A stretch of DNA of 64,000 nt from an uncultured Planctomycetota bacterium (GCA_963737655.1 CAVTTN010000002.1:864001-928000), one strand, 5' to 3'; positions 22,942 through 32,829 are shown, counted from the stretch's first letter. Notes: a model not told the origin generated them from the letters alone. A program made the numbers and translations.

Positions 22942-24702
22942 ATGTTCCGAATCAGCCACGTGATCGGCACCCACCGCGAGCAGGACCGCCGGAGCCTCGC
23001 CGACATCGCCGAGCCTCTTCCACCAGGCGTTCCCCGATCAGTCCGACGACCCGGACTACATCGAGAGGAAACTCGTCGACCAGACCGCTCGCGGTTACCC
23101 GTGCATCCTGCTCGCCGCTCACGGGCCCGGCGATCGCGTGGTCGGGTTCGCGCTGGCCGACTTCTACGAGACGATCGGCTACGCCTATCTCGATTTCCTG
23201 ATCACCGGCGCCGACCAGAGGGGCCGGGGCCTCGGCGGTGCCCTGTTCGAAGCCTTGCGCGAGGAGTTGACGGCGCGAGGGCGCTCGGCCTGTTCCTCGA
23301 AATCCCCACCGACGACCCCTCGCAGGTCAAGACGGCCGAGGACCTGCGCGCCAACAAGGCCCGCCTGCGGTTTTACGAGCGATACGGGGCCCGATGCGTC
23401 CTGAACACGCTGTACGACCAGCCGATCCGACCCGGGAAGCCGCCCGAGCCGAGGCTCCTGTACGACCCCCTCGACAATACCGGGCCCCTGGAGGCCGACG
23501 AGCTCCGCCGCGTGATCGGCGCGATCCTGACGCTCCGCTACCACTACGACCCGCAGGACCCCTACGTCAAGCGGGTGCTCGCCTCGGTGAAGGAGTCGCC
23601 CGTCCAGCTTCGGGCCCCCTTGGCCCCGACGGCGAACGGCAACCATCGGAAGATCCCCCGGCGCCTTCATCCGTTGAAGGTGTTCTGCTCGGCGCATCAC
23701 GCGCTCCATCACGTCCGCGAACGCGGATACGTCGAGAGGCCCGCGCGCGTCGACGTGATCCTCAAGGCCCTCGACGCCCTGCCCGACGTCGAGAAGCTGC
23801 CGGTCCGCAATTTCGGAGAGGGGCCGATCCGCGCCGTCCACGACGCCGATTTCGTCAATTACCTCAAAAATGCCTGCCTGGAGCTTCCCAAGGGGGAGTT
23901 GCTCTATCCCTACGTCTTCCCGATCCGCCGGCCCGACCGGCCTCCTCACGACAAGGGATACCGAGCCGGCTATTATTGCATCGATACGTTCACGCCGTTG
24001 AGCCGGGATGCGTACAAGGCGGCGAGGTCGGCGGTGAACGTGGCGCTCTCGGGCGCGGCGGCCGTCCTGAAGGGCGAACCGCTCGTGTACAGCCTCTGCC
24101 GGCCTCCGGGGCACCACGCCGAGCGCGACACCTATGGCGGGTTCTGCTACTTCTGCAACGGGGCGATCGCCGCGCAGTACCTGGCCAGGAGCGTGGGCAA
24201 GGTGGCCATCCTGGACGTCGATTACCACCACGGCAACGGCCAGCAAGATATCTTCTTCGATCGATCGGACATCCTGACGGTCTCGATCCACGGCCACCCC
24301 AGCTTCGCCTACCCGTTCTTCGCCGGGTTCGCCGACGAACGGGGCGAAGGGGCCGGCCTCGGCTACAACCACAACTTCCCTCTGGCCGAGCACGTCGGCG
24401 ATTCTCGCTATCTGGAGGCCCTGGACGACGCCCTGAAGGTCGTCCGCGAGTTCAAGCCCGAGGCGCTAGTGGTCTCGCTCGGGCTGGACATCGCCAAGGC
24501 CGACCCCACGGGGAGCTGGAGCCTCTCGGCCGACGGCCTGTTCGAGGTCGGCCGCCGGATCGGAAGCCAGAAGCTGCCCACTTTGATGGTCCAAGAAGGC
24601 GGCTACAACATCCGATCGCTCGGCAGGAACGCCGCGAGCCTGCTCAGCGGAGTCTGCGCCGGAGCCTTGAACCGCAAGAGGGCGCGGAAGCGAACGACCT
24701 GA
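22942..24702 (+). CDS. N-terminal GNAT domain fused to a Zn-dependent deacetylase (acetylpolyamine amidohydrolase/HDAC-like); compensating frameshifts near 23010 and 23280
   Basis: GNAT motif A QRGRGLG in the alternate frame (ORF 23138); RLRFYERYG; deacetylase motifs RPPGHHA, GGFCYF, LDVDYHHGNG, VSIHG, GLD, QEGGY. Confidence 0.85.
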   Translation: MFRISHVIGTHREQDRRSLADIAEPLPPGVPRSVRRPGLHREETRRPDRSRLPVHPARRSRARRSRGRVRAGRLLRDDRLRLSRFPDHRRRPEGPGPRRCPVRSLARGVDGARALGLFLEIPTDDPSQVKTAEDLRANKARLRFYERYGARCVLNTLYDQPIRPGKPPEPRLLYDPLDNTGPLEADELRRVIGAILTLRYHYDPQDPYVKRVLASVKESPVQLRAPLAPTANGNHRKIPRRLHPLKVFCSAHHALHHVRERGYVERPARVDVILKALDALPDVEKLPVRNFGEGPIRAVHDADFVNYLKNACLELPKGELLYPYVFPIRRPDRPPHDKGYRAGYYCIDTFTPLSRDAYKAARSAVNVALSGAAAVLKGEPLVYSLCRPPGHHAERDTYGGFCYFCNGAIAAQYLARSVGKVAILDVDYHHGNGQQDIFFDRSDILTVSIHGHPSFAYPFFAGFADERGEGAGLGYNHNFPLAEHVGDSRYLEALDDALKVVREFKPEALVVSLGLDIAKADPTGSWSLSADGLFEVGRRIGSQKLPTLMVQEGGYNIRSLGRNAASLLSGVCAGALNRKRARKRTT

Positions 24703-24882
24703 GCGGACGAAGGGAAGTCACTTTCGGGGATCCCGTAAGCGTATGATGCACCCGACGAATCGCCCGGCGTGGGCCGCCGAAGTCGCCGCTCGTCCCGCTT
24801 TTCCGGGCCCGGGGGCCGGATTCCGTCGCTTCTCTCCCGATAGTACGCGGCCGTACGATCCTCTCTCCGGGAGTCGGACACC

Positions 24883-25917
24883 ATGGTTGCCTCGCGCCTC
24901 CTGATCTCGATGGCGGTGCTCGGGCTGGTCTCGGCGGCGTCGCCGGGCTCCGCCCAGGATTCGAAGCCCGACCCCAAGGCGCCCGGCTCGGGTTCGGCCG
25001 GAGAGCCGGCAGGGGAACGCCCGAAGGGGGCACCCGCTCGGGCCGAAGGCCGGGGGCCGCGGGCCATGCCGCCGAGGGCGAAGCCGGGGCCGACCGAGCT
25101 CCCCATCCTGCCGGCCCTGCCCAAGATCGATGAGACCTCCTTCTACGCCCAGGCGGACGTCCCCCACGGCAAGGTGGTGCAGGTGACCTACACCAACCAG
25201 GCCGGCAAGGACAAGCGGATGCACGTCTATCTGCCCCCGGGCTACGACGACCAGGCCGACGCCCGCTATCCCGTGCTCTACCTGAACCACGGCGGCGGCG
25301 ACGACGACTCGGCGTGGACACGCACCGACCCCCGCCGGGGAGGCTACACCCAGTTCATCCTCGACAACCTGATCGCGGCCAGGAAGGCGAAGCCGATGAT
25401 CGTCGTGATGCCCGACACCCGAGGCATCGCCTCCCCGAACCCGCCGAAGCCCGGCGAGGACGACGCCTGCTCCCGGGAATTCCTGAAGGACATCATCCCC
25501 TACGTCGATGGGCACTACCGAACCAAGGCCGGCCGGGAGAATCGGGCCCTGGCCGGGCTCTCCATGGGCGGGTTCGTCGTGATGAACACCGGCCTGTCGC
25601 ACCTCGACACCTTCAGCGAGCTATACGTCTATAGCTCCGGCTACTTCCCCGATCAGCTCCCGGCGTTCGAGGAGAACTTCAAGTCGGTCCTGAGCGACCC
25701 GAAGACGAACGAGGAGCTGCTGAGGGTCCCGTTCTACATGGCCGAGGGGGAGACCGACATCGCCCTGAGGAACGGCGAGCAGGTCATGTCGATCATCAAC
25801 AAGCATGGCGTCCGCAACTTCTGGGTCCTGAGCACCGGCGGCCACGAGTGGGCCAACTGGCGGCGCTACCTCCACCAGACGGCCCAGATCATGTTCCCGG
25901 AGGACCGGAAGCGGTGA
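24883..25917 (+). CDS. Secreted esterase (feruloyl/enterochelin esterase-like alpha/beta hydrolase)
   Basis: VYLPPGY, YPVLYLNHG, AGLSMGG, GGHEW. Confidence 0.88.
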   Translation: MVASRLLISMAVLGLVSAASPGSAQDSKPDPKAPGSGSAGEPAGERPKGAPARAEGRGPRAMPPRAKPGPTELPILPALPKIDETSFYAQADVPHGKVVQVTYTNQAGKDKRMHVYLPPGYDDQADARYPVLYLNHGGGDDDSAWTRTDPRRGGYTQFILDNLIAARKAKPMIVVMPDTRGIASPNPPKPGEDDACSREFLKDIIPYVDGHYRTKAGRENRALAGLSMGGFVVMNTGLSHLDTFSELYVYSSGYFPDQLPAFEENFKSVLSDPKTNEELLRVPFYMAEGETDIALRNGEQVMSIINKHGVRNFWVLSTGGHEWANWRRYLHQTAQIMFPEDRKR

Positions 25918-26438
25918 GGGGCCGCGTCCCGGCCGCTCCGTCGCCGCCCTCGGCCGCTTCGCCCGCCGAGGCGACGGCCGCCGGCCATGACCTCGCGATG
26001 GCCCTCCGGGCCGCCTACCTGACGATGCACCGCCGGGCGAACACCGAGTTCGCCCGGTTCGGCCTGACCGCCGATCAGTTCGTCCTTTTGACCGCCCTGG
26101 CCGAGGGGGACCTGGCCTCTCAGACGGAGCTGGTCCGGCGCACCGATTCCGACGCCAACACGATCAGCGCGATGCTCCGTCGCCTGGAGCGTCGCGGCCT
26201 GATCGCCCGGGAGACGGACGCCGACGACGGCCGGTCCCGCCGGGTCTCGCTCACCGAGGACGGCCGCGAGGCCCAGAGGCGGGCCGCGGAGGGGATCGCC
26301 GCATTCCGCCGGCGACTCGCGGGCCTCGTCGCCCCGGACGGGCTGGGGGCGCTGATCGGCCACCTCGAAGGGATCGCCGACGGACTGCGAGGCCCGGCGA
26401 CGCCTCGGGACGGACGACCTCCCGCCGACCCCGGCTGA
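25914..26438 (+). CDS. MarR family transcriptional regulator
   Basis: GLTADQF.LL..L, SQTEL, LRRLERRGLIAR...DGRSRRVSLT.DG. Confidence 0.88.
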   Translation: MRGRVPAAPSPPSAASPAEATAAGHDLAMALRAAYLTMHRRANTEFARFGLTADQFVLLTALAEGDLASQTELVRRTDSDANTISAMLRRLERRGLIARETDADDGRSRRVSLTEDGREAQRRAAEGIAAFRRRLAGLVAPDGLGALIGHLEGIADGLRGPATPRDGRPPADPG

Positions 26439-26475
26439 ACGGCTTGGGACGACCGCCCTCGGGCGGGCCCGCGGC

Positions 26476-27039
26476 CTACTTCACCCGTTCGACGTACTCG
26501 CCGGTCCGGGTGTCGATGCGGATCTTCTCGCCGGGGCCGATGAACGGGGGGACCTGGACCTTCAGGCCGGTTTCGAGCGTGGCATCCTTGTACTGGTTGG
26601 TCGCCGTGGCGCCCTTGATCGACGGCGGCGTGTCGGTGACGACCAGGTCGATCGAGGCGGGGATTTCGATCGACGCGGGCTTGTCGTCGATGTACTTGAC
26701 CATCACCTTCGTGTTGGGCAAAAGGTACTGCATCGACCCGGCGACGAATTCGTTGGCGAAGGAGAGCTGGTCGAAGGTCTCGGTGTCCATGAAGACGTGT
26801 TCGTCTCCCTGGGAATACAGGTATTCGTATTCCTTGGACTCGACGAACGGCACCTCGATCTGCTCGTCGGAGCGGAACCGCTTCTCGTTCGTGGAGCCGC
26901 TGCTCATGTTGCGGAGCTTGGCCTGGACGAACGCACGGAGGTTGCCGGGGGTGCGGTGGGCGAAGTCCATCACCACGTAGTTCACGTTGTCCATCGTGAT
27001 GATCATGCCGCGACGGATATCGGACGCCTTGATGTTCAT
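26476..27039 (-). CDS. efp: Translation elongation factor P (PGNLR loop type)
   Basis: ASDIRRG, HRTPGNLRAFVQ.KLRN, EYLY, FMD.ETFDQ, KDATLETG...VP.FI..GE.I.IDTRTGEY. Confidence 0.95.
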   Translation of the reverse strand: MNIKASDIRRGMIITMDNVNYVVMDFAHRTPGNLRAFVQAKLRNMSSGSTNEKRFRSDEQIEVPFVESKEYEYLYSQGDEHVFMDTETFDQLSFANEFVAGSMQYLLPNTKVMVKYIDDKPASIEIPASIDLVVTDTPPSIKGATATNQYKDATLETGLKVQVPPFIGPGEKIRIDTRTGEYVERVK

Positions 27040-27218
27040 GGGAACCTTGAAACCCCCGGAAAAGTGGCCGCCCTGCCACGGGGACGCGGCGGCCACCGGC
27101 CTCGCGACCCGGAATTGCCTGTGACGAACAGGGTAACTCAGCCGGACCGTCGCGACCAGACCACTTGGCAGTGGTCAGTTGTCAGTCGGGGAGTCGTCGG
27201 TGGGCCGGCCTCCTTCGT

Positions 27219-28271
27219 TCACGCCTTCGTCCCGGCGATCACCCCGCAATGGATCAAGGTCGGGGCGATCCGGCCGACGTCCAGCCCGGCGTCTTGCATC
27301 CATTGGCGGTATTCGGCGGCGCTGTACGCGCGGCCTTCGGTGAGGGTGAACAGGGAGGCCGAATAGAGGGCGATCGGCAGCGGGCCGTCGAGGTCGTCGT
27401 GGAGGAAGACGTCGTGGATCAGCAGACGGCCCCCGCCCGGGAGCGTCCCGGCGAGCTTGTTCACCAGCGTCCGGCACTCGGGCACGTCCCAGTCGTGGAG
27501 GACGTTCGAGAGGAGGATCGCGTCGGCCCCGGCGGGCACCGGGTCGGCGAACATGTCGCCCGAGGCGAGTTCGAGGCGGTCGGAAACGCCGTGGCATTCC
27601 GCCATCTCGCCCGCGACCTTCAGCACCTCGGGCCGGTCCCAGACGATCGCCCGGAGCCCGGGATGGGCCTGGAGGCAGGCGATGGCATAAATGCCGGTCC
27701 CTCCGCCGACGTCCAGGAGGAGCTTCGCGCCGTCGAGCGGGGCGGCCTTCGCCAGCAACGGCGCCACGTTCTTCGCCCGGCCGGCGAGGGCCAGCGTGAG
27801 GTGACGCGCCGACGCCTCCTTTTCCATCGCCGACTCGATCCCCTCGCGGAAGATGAACGCCGCGCCGGTCTCCTCGGACTCGGCCCCCGCCGGGCGGTTG
27901 GATTTCAGTCGATCGACCATCGCCAGGACGCCCGGCGATTGCGCCGCCAGGCCGAGATAGCCGCTGACGTCGAACTCGCCCCCGGGCGAGAGATGTTCGT
28001 GGGCGAGGGGGGTGGGCGCCAACCGGCCGCTGGAATCCGCGGTCAGCAAGCCCATCGCCCGGAGCGCGGTGGTCAGGACCACGGCGGGGCGATCGGCCAG
28101 GCCGAGCAGGGCCGCCAGCTCATCTCGGGACTTCGGGCCCTTCGCGAGATGGCCGAAGACGTCGAAATGGGCGACGGCCGCCGTGAGCAACTCGGTGGCG
28201 TGGCTGCCTCGGAAGTGCTCAAAAATAGGGGTGGGGTCGGTCGTCGGCGGGATCAGGGCGGATCGGGGCAT
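27219..28271 (-). CDS. O-methyltransferase (dimerisation domain plus SAM-binding domain)
   Basis: LLDVGGGTG, WDRPEV, GDMF, SNVLHDW, PGGGRLLI. Confidence 0.9.
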   Translation of the reverse strand: MPRSALIPPTTDPTPIFEHFRGSHATELLTAAVAHFDVFGHLAKGPKSRDELAALLGLADRPAVVLTTALRAMGLLTADSSGRLAPTPLAHEHLSPGGEFDVSGYLGLAAQSPGVLAMVDRLKSNRPAGAESEETGAAFIFREGIESAMEKEASARHLTLALAGRAKNVAPLLAKAAPLDGAKLLLDVGGGTGIYAIACLQAHPGLRAIVWDRPEVLKVAGEMAECHGVSDRLELASGDMFADPVPAGADAILLSNVLHDWDVPECRTLVNKLAGTLPGGGRLLIHDVFLHDDLDGPLPIALYSASLFTLTEGRAYSAAEYRQWMQDAGLDVGRIAPTLIHCGVIAGTKA

Positions 28272-28275
28272 GAGA

Positions 28276-28869
28276 TCAGGGCCTCGTCGGGGTCAACCAG
28301 CCGAACAATTCGTCCAGGGGGAGGGCGAAACCGGGCAAGACCGCCTCGCCCGAGAGCACGGAGCCGGCGCCGAGCTCCTCGGGCGGTCGATCGGGGCGGA
28401 AGACGAACACGCGGTCCCTCCTGGGCTGGACAAGCCAGCCGAGACGCACTCCCTTTCGGATCAAACGGCCGAGACGCGCCGACAGCTTCGCGACGGTCTG
28501 GCCCGGCGAGAGGATCTCGATCGAGAGGTCGGGCGGGATGCTCACCGACTCGCCGAATCGTCCTTTCGCCTCGATGGGGAGCCGACCCGACGCGAAGAAG
28601 GAGATATCCGGGACATAGGACTCGCCCTCGAAGCTGACGCGAAGCTCGGGAAGGGCGAGCCCGATCCCGGCCGGCTCGGCGAAATCATTGATCCGTTGGG
28701 GGAAGCGGAGCTGGACCAGGCTGTGATGCAGGTTCGGCGACACTTTTTGGACCACCCTCCCGCGGATGAACTCCAGGGCCGGCTTGATCTCCGGCAGCCG
28801 GAGGAATTGCTCCAGGGTGAGGACCTCGCGGAGCTCGTCCTCCGGCTCGATCCGAACGTCGGTCGCCAT
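28276..28869 (-). CDS. Uma2 family PD-(D/E)xK endonuclease-like protein
   Basis: VPDISF, PPDL.IEILSP, GVRLGWLV.P, VLPGF.L. Confidence 0.88.
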   Translation of the reverse strand: MATDVRIEPEDELREVLTLEQFLRLPEIKPALEFIRGRVVQKVSPNLHHSLVQLRFPQRINDFAEPAGIGLALPELRVSFEGESYVPDISFFASGRLPIEAKGRFGESVSIPPDLSIEILSPGQTVAKLSARLGRLIRKGVRLGWLVQPRRDRVFVFRPDRPPEELGAGSVLSGEAVLPGFALPLDELFGWLTPTRP

Positions 28870-29038
28870 GACTCTCCCTCCCGCCGTCGGCGGTTCCTGC
28901 CTTCCGTCATCCTAACCGGCCGAGGTCCGCCGGGCGAGCCGAGCGGGCCGCCGCTCGACCCGTGCCGATCTCATGGATAGAATCGTGCGATCGAAGGCGG
29001 TCAGGTCAGGCACCCCGACGGCGAGCGAGGAGGCGGCC

Positions 29039-29956
29039 ATGTCCCGGCGGTTCGGTCTTGCGGGCGGATGGGCGGTGGCGGCGGTCCTGACGGCGGCGTC
29101 GGCGATGGCCCAGCATCCCAGTCCGGTGACGATCAATCCCGGAGGGGGCGGCTCGGCGTTCGGCGCCGGGGGGATCAACATCAACATCCCGGCCTCGGCG
29201 CCGACGGTGATCAACTACCCGGCCTATGGCTACTCGGGCTACAACCACGGCGGATATTACGGCGGGTACGGCTACTATGGCGGCCTCGCGGTGGTCGCCC
29301 CGGGCTGGAGCGCGCCGATCCCGGGGGTCGGCGGCTACGGGTTTTCGCCGGGCGGTTATAACGTGGGCTACGGGCCGAACGGCGGGGCCGGGATCTCTCC
29401 GTATGACCAGCAGCTCGCCGCCCAGCAGCAATACGCGATGAACGCCAGCCGCTACGACCTCCAGACCGCCCAGGCCGCCGAGGCCTACCAGAGGGCCAAC
29501 CTGTATCAGCAGCAGGCGCTATCAATGGCCGTGAACAACGCGAAGGAACAGGCCGCACTCCGCCAGAAATTCAGCGTGAAGACGATGGAGCCGAAATATT
29601 CCAACGCCCCGGCGAAGGTCGCGCCGAACGTCCCCCTCAACGATCTCCTGAACGACGACGGCACCCCGAAATGGCCCGGAATCGCCCCGAAGAACGACTT
29701 GCGGGCGCAGGCCGACTCGGCCATCGCGGCGGTGGCGAAGGACTTTCGCCAGGACGGGCAGGCGACCGTCCAGGACGTGAACGACGCCCGGGACGCCCTG
29801 TATGCCTACGGACGCCCTGCGCTGGCGACGGTCCGCCGTCAGCATGCCTCGCAAGGGTCGTCGTTCAAGGATTTCCTCAACAACCTCGACGTGGCGCTCG
29901 ACGTGATGGGCCAGGCGCCGACGACCGGGCCGAAGCCGGCCGACCCGCCGAAATGA
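29039..29956 (+). CDS. Hypothetical secreted protein with Gly/Tyr-rich N-terminal region
   Basis: GAGGAGG RBS; signal peptide; GYYGGYG low complexity followed by a helical C-terminal domain. Confidence 0.7.
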   Translation: MSRRFGLAGGWAVAAVLTAASAMAQHPSPVTINPGGGGSAFGAGGININIPASAPTVINYPAYGYSGYNHGGYYGGYGYYGGLAVVAPGWSAPIPGVGGYGFSPGGYNVGYGPNGGAGISPYDQQLAAQQQYAMNASRYDLQTAQAAEAYQRANLYQQQALSMAVNNAKEQAALRQKFSVKTMEPKYSNAPAKVAPNVPLNDLLNDDGTPKWPGIAPKNDLRAQADSAIAAVAKDFRQDGQATVQDVNDARDALYAYGRPALATVRRQHASQGSSFKDFLNNLDVALDVMGQAPTTGPKPADPPK

Positions 29957-29988
29957 GGGCGAATCGCTCCGGCCAAGACCCCAACTCC

Positions 29989-30091
29989 TTCACCGCGGAG
30001 CCACGGAGAGCACGGAGGAAGACACAAAGACAGATGGACACCACATTCTTCTTTGTGTCTACCTCCGTGCTCTCCGTGGCTCCGTGGTGAA
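29989..30091. repeat. REP-like palindrome family A, copy 2
   Basis: About 42-bp arms homologous to 143-252 with a different loop; between convergent genes. Confidence 0.9.
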
Positions 30092-30120
30092 TCGGGGAAC
30101 GAATTCTCGCCGATCCGCCC

Positions 30121-31161
30121 TCACTTCAGCGCCTCGGCGATCGCCCGATCGAGGTCGGGGCCGGCGAGCTCGATGTGAGTGATCTTCCCGGTCCGGTCGA
30201 TCAGGAAATTCGCGGGGATCTCATCGACGCCGTAGAGGGTCGCCGGGTCGTCCTTCGCGCCCGGGCCGATCAGGACGTTCGGCCAGGCGGCGCGGGTCGC
30301 CAGGAGGAACTTGCGGACCGTCGGCGCGGCCTTGGCCACCGTCCCCACGTCCTGGCGCTGGGCGTCCAGGTTCACCCCGAGGATCTCGAACCCTTTCGGG
30401 CCGTACTTCACGTCCGCGGCCTTGAGCTCGGGGAACGCGGCGATGCAGGGCGGGCACCACGTCGCCCAGAAATCCACCAGGATCACCTTCCCCTTGAAGT
30501 CCGACAGCCGGATGGGCTTGCCGTCGACGTCCGAGCCGAGGATCTCCGGCGCGGGCTTGCCGATCATCTCGATCCGGGCCAGTCGGCCCTGGAAGTGGCC
30601 GCGAACGCTGGCGTCGGGGTGGTTCTTCATCGCCAGCTCGCAGACCTTCCTGGCGATGTCGTACCGTCCGCCTCGAAACAGCCTTTGGAGGTACGCCTCG
30701 CCCACGGCGACGACCTCGGCCGGGTCGAGCCTCTTGCTCGGGTCCGAGGCGATCGGGGCCTTCTTGAGGTAGTTCTCCAGGTCCGCCAGCGATTGGTCAT
30801 ACTCCCCGCGATTGGCCCGCGCGATCAGGCCGATGAAGCTGGCCAGGGCGCGATCCTGGGGGTCGGCCGGGCCGGACTTGAGGAATGCCCTGGCGGCGGG
30901 CTCCGCCTCGGCGTAGAAGTCGCGCGCCACGGCCAGGCGGAACAACTGGCGATAGGCGGCCTCGGCCTCCTCGCCCTGGAGGGCCTCGGCCGTCGCGGCG
31001 AGGTCCAGCACCCGCTTGCGGTCGAGCTCGACGGCCTGACGGGCGTAACTGGCGTTCAAGTCCTCAAGCGACGCATAACGCTTCGCCGTCTCCTGACCGG
31101 CCGCCGTCACGAGCGGGGCGAGGGCGAGGACCATCACGGCGAGAGTCCGAGGCGCGTTCAT
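30121..31161 (-). CDS. TlpA/redoxin-family disulfide reductase with N-terminal helical domain
   Basis: Signal peptide; GKPAPE, DFWATWCPPC, GVDEIPANFLID. Confidence 0.9.
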   Translation of the reverse strand: MNAPRTLAVMVLALAPLVTAAGQETAKRYASLEDLNASYARQAVELDRKRVLDLAATAEALQGEEAEAAYRQLFRLAVARDFYAEAEPAARAFLKSGPADPQDRALASFIGLIARANRGEYDQSLADLENYLKKAPIASDPSKRLDPAEVVAVGEAYLQRLFRGGRYDIARKVCELAMKNHPDASVRGHFQGRLARIEMIGKPAPEILGSDVDGKPIRLSDFKGKVILVDFWATWCPPCIAAFPELKAADVKYGPKGFEILGVNLDAQRQDVGTVAKAAPTVRKFLLATRAAWPNVLIGPGAKDDPATLYGVDEIPANFLIDRTGKITHIELAGPDLDRAIAEALK

Positions 31162-31388
31162 GGGCGAGGCTCCGGGTAGGAACCATGACCTTATCCGGCC
31201 CGGACGATCGACTCAAGGGATTCGAGAGGCCAGGCGGCGACGTTTCGTTCTCCGGGGTGCATCGGCCCGAAGCGTTCTCCTCCGAGAAGGAAACGGCCCT
31301 CCGAGGCCGGGTCGGCGGGTTTCACCCGCGCCAGGTTCTCCGGTATGATCGCGGGCGAACCGGAGATCCCCCGCCCCGGAGATGCCTC

Positions 31389-32540
31389 GTGGACCCCGTG
31401 ATTCGCCTGCTTTCGGACCTCGTCGCGATCCCCAGCGTGAACCCGATGGGCCGGGCCCTGGAGGGCCCGGGGTTCCTCGAAGCGGGCATGACCGCGTACC
31501 TCGAACGCTTCTTCGCCGGGCTCGGCGTCCAGGTCCGCCGCGACACGCTCCGGCCCGGCCGCGACAACCTGATCGCTCGGTACGAGGCGCCGAACTCGCG
31601 GCGGACGATCCTGTTCGACGCCCATCAAGACACCGTGCCCGTCGATGGGATGACGATCGACCCGTTCTCGCCGACGATTTCCGGCGGTCGGCTTTTTGGG
31701 CGAGGTTCGTGCGACGTGAAGGGCGGGATGGCGGCGATGCTCTCGGCGTTCGCCCGGCTCGTCCGCGAGAGGCCGGCGGGCTCGGCCTCGGTCGTCATGG
31801 CCTGCACCGTCGATGAGGAATTCACCCACATCGGCAGCTCCCTGCTGGCCTCGCAGAAGCCCGCCGTGGACCTGGCGATCGTCGCCGAGCCGACGAGGCT
31901 CGACCTGGTGACCACCCACAAGGGGGCCGTCCGCTGGAAGGTCCGCGCCGCGGGCGTGGCGTGCCATAGCTCGACGCCGGGACTCGGCGACAACGCGATT
32001 TATCGGATGGCCGACGTGGTCTCCGCGCTCCGCGAGCATGCCGACGCCTTGCAACGCGCCACGCCGGACCCGGTCCTCGGGCCTCCGAGCCTCTCCGTGG
32101 GACGGATCGAAGGGGGTCAGAGCGTCAACGTGGTGCCGGACTGGTGCGAGGTCGAGGTCGATCGCCGGGTGATCCCGGGCGAGGACCCGGACTCGGCCCC
32201 CGGGCTCGCCGCCGAATTCCTCCGCCAGAGGCTCGGATCGCTCGAAAAACTCGAATTCCTGCCGGCCTGGGTGAAGATGCCGGCCCTGGCGGCGAACGTG
32301 TCGGAGGAGACGCTCGGCGCGATCGAGCGGGCCGTGGCGGAGGTCCGAGGAGTCGTCCCGAAACGAACGGGCGTCCCGTTCGGCACCGATGCCGGGCCTC
32401 TCGGGCAGGTCGGCATCCCGTCGCTCGTCTTCGGCCCGGGAGACATCGCCCAGGCCCACACGAAGGACGAATGGATCGACCTGGACGGGCTGGCGATGGC
32501 CGAGGAAATCTATTACCGGATCGCTCTGGCGATGGGATGA
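31389..32540 (+). CDS. M20 family metallopeptidase (ArgE/DapE-like)
   Basis: IPSVNP, DAHQDTVP, GRGSCDVKGG, DEE, AEPT, QAHTKDE. Confidence 0.9.
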   Translation: MDPVIRLLSDLVAIPSVNPMGRALEGPGFLEAGMTAYLERFFAGLGVQVRRDTLRPGRDNLIARYEAPNSRRTILFDAHQDTVPVDGMTIDPFSPTISGGRLFGRGSCDVKGGMAAMLSAFARLVRERPAGSASVVMACTVDEEFTHIGSSLLASQKPAVDLAIVAEPTRLDLVTTHKGAVRWKVRAAGVACHSSTPGLGDNAIYRMADVVSALREHADALQRATPDPVLGPPSLSVGRIEGGQSVNVVPDWCEVEVDRRVIPGEDPDSAPGLAAEFLRQRLGSLEKLEFLPAWVKMPALAANVSEETLGAIERAVAEVRGVVPKRTGVPFGTDAGPLGQVGIPSLVFGPGDIAQAHTKDEWIDLDGLAMAEEIYYRIALAMG

Positions 32541-32568
32541 TCGAGGGCGATCTCAGGAGGGCCACAAC

Positions 32569-32829
32569 ATGATGGCGACGGACTGGGTGAGGGTCGCGGC
32601 CAAGGCGTTCGCGGTGGTCTCGCTGAGCGCGGGGGTCGGGTTCCTCGCCGGGGCGATCTCGTTCCTCGCGATCGGGTCGCGGGGCCGGCTCCATGGAGGG
32701 GCCTTCATGCACATCGCCGACGTGATCGGCTGGGGCTCGGCCTTCCTGACCGCCAGCCTGGCCACGTTCGTGATGATCGCCGTCGGCCGGGGCCGACGCC
32801 CGGGCAAGCCGGCGGGGCTGGACATGTAG
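32569..32829 (+). CDS. Small membrane protein
   Basis: AGGAGG RBS; 86 aa with two hydrophobic helices. Confidence 0.6.
   Translation: MMATDWVRVAAKAFAVVSLSAGVGFLAGAISFLAIGSRGRLHGGAFMHIADVIGWGSAFLTASLATFVMIAVGRGRRPGKPAGLDM

Noticed and set aside
17560..28869. Identical N-terminus MATDVR in CysE and a Uma2 protein
   Set aside because: Six-residue match with no further similarity noticed; treated as coincidence
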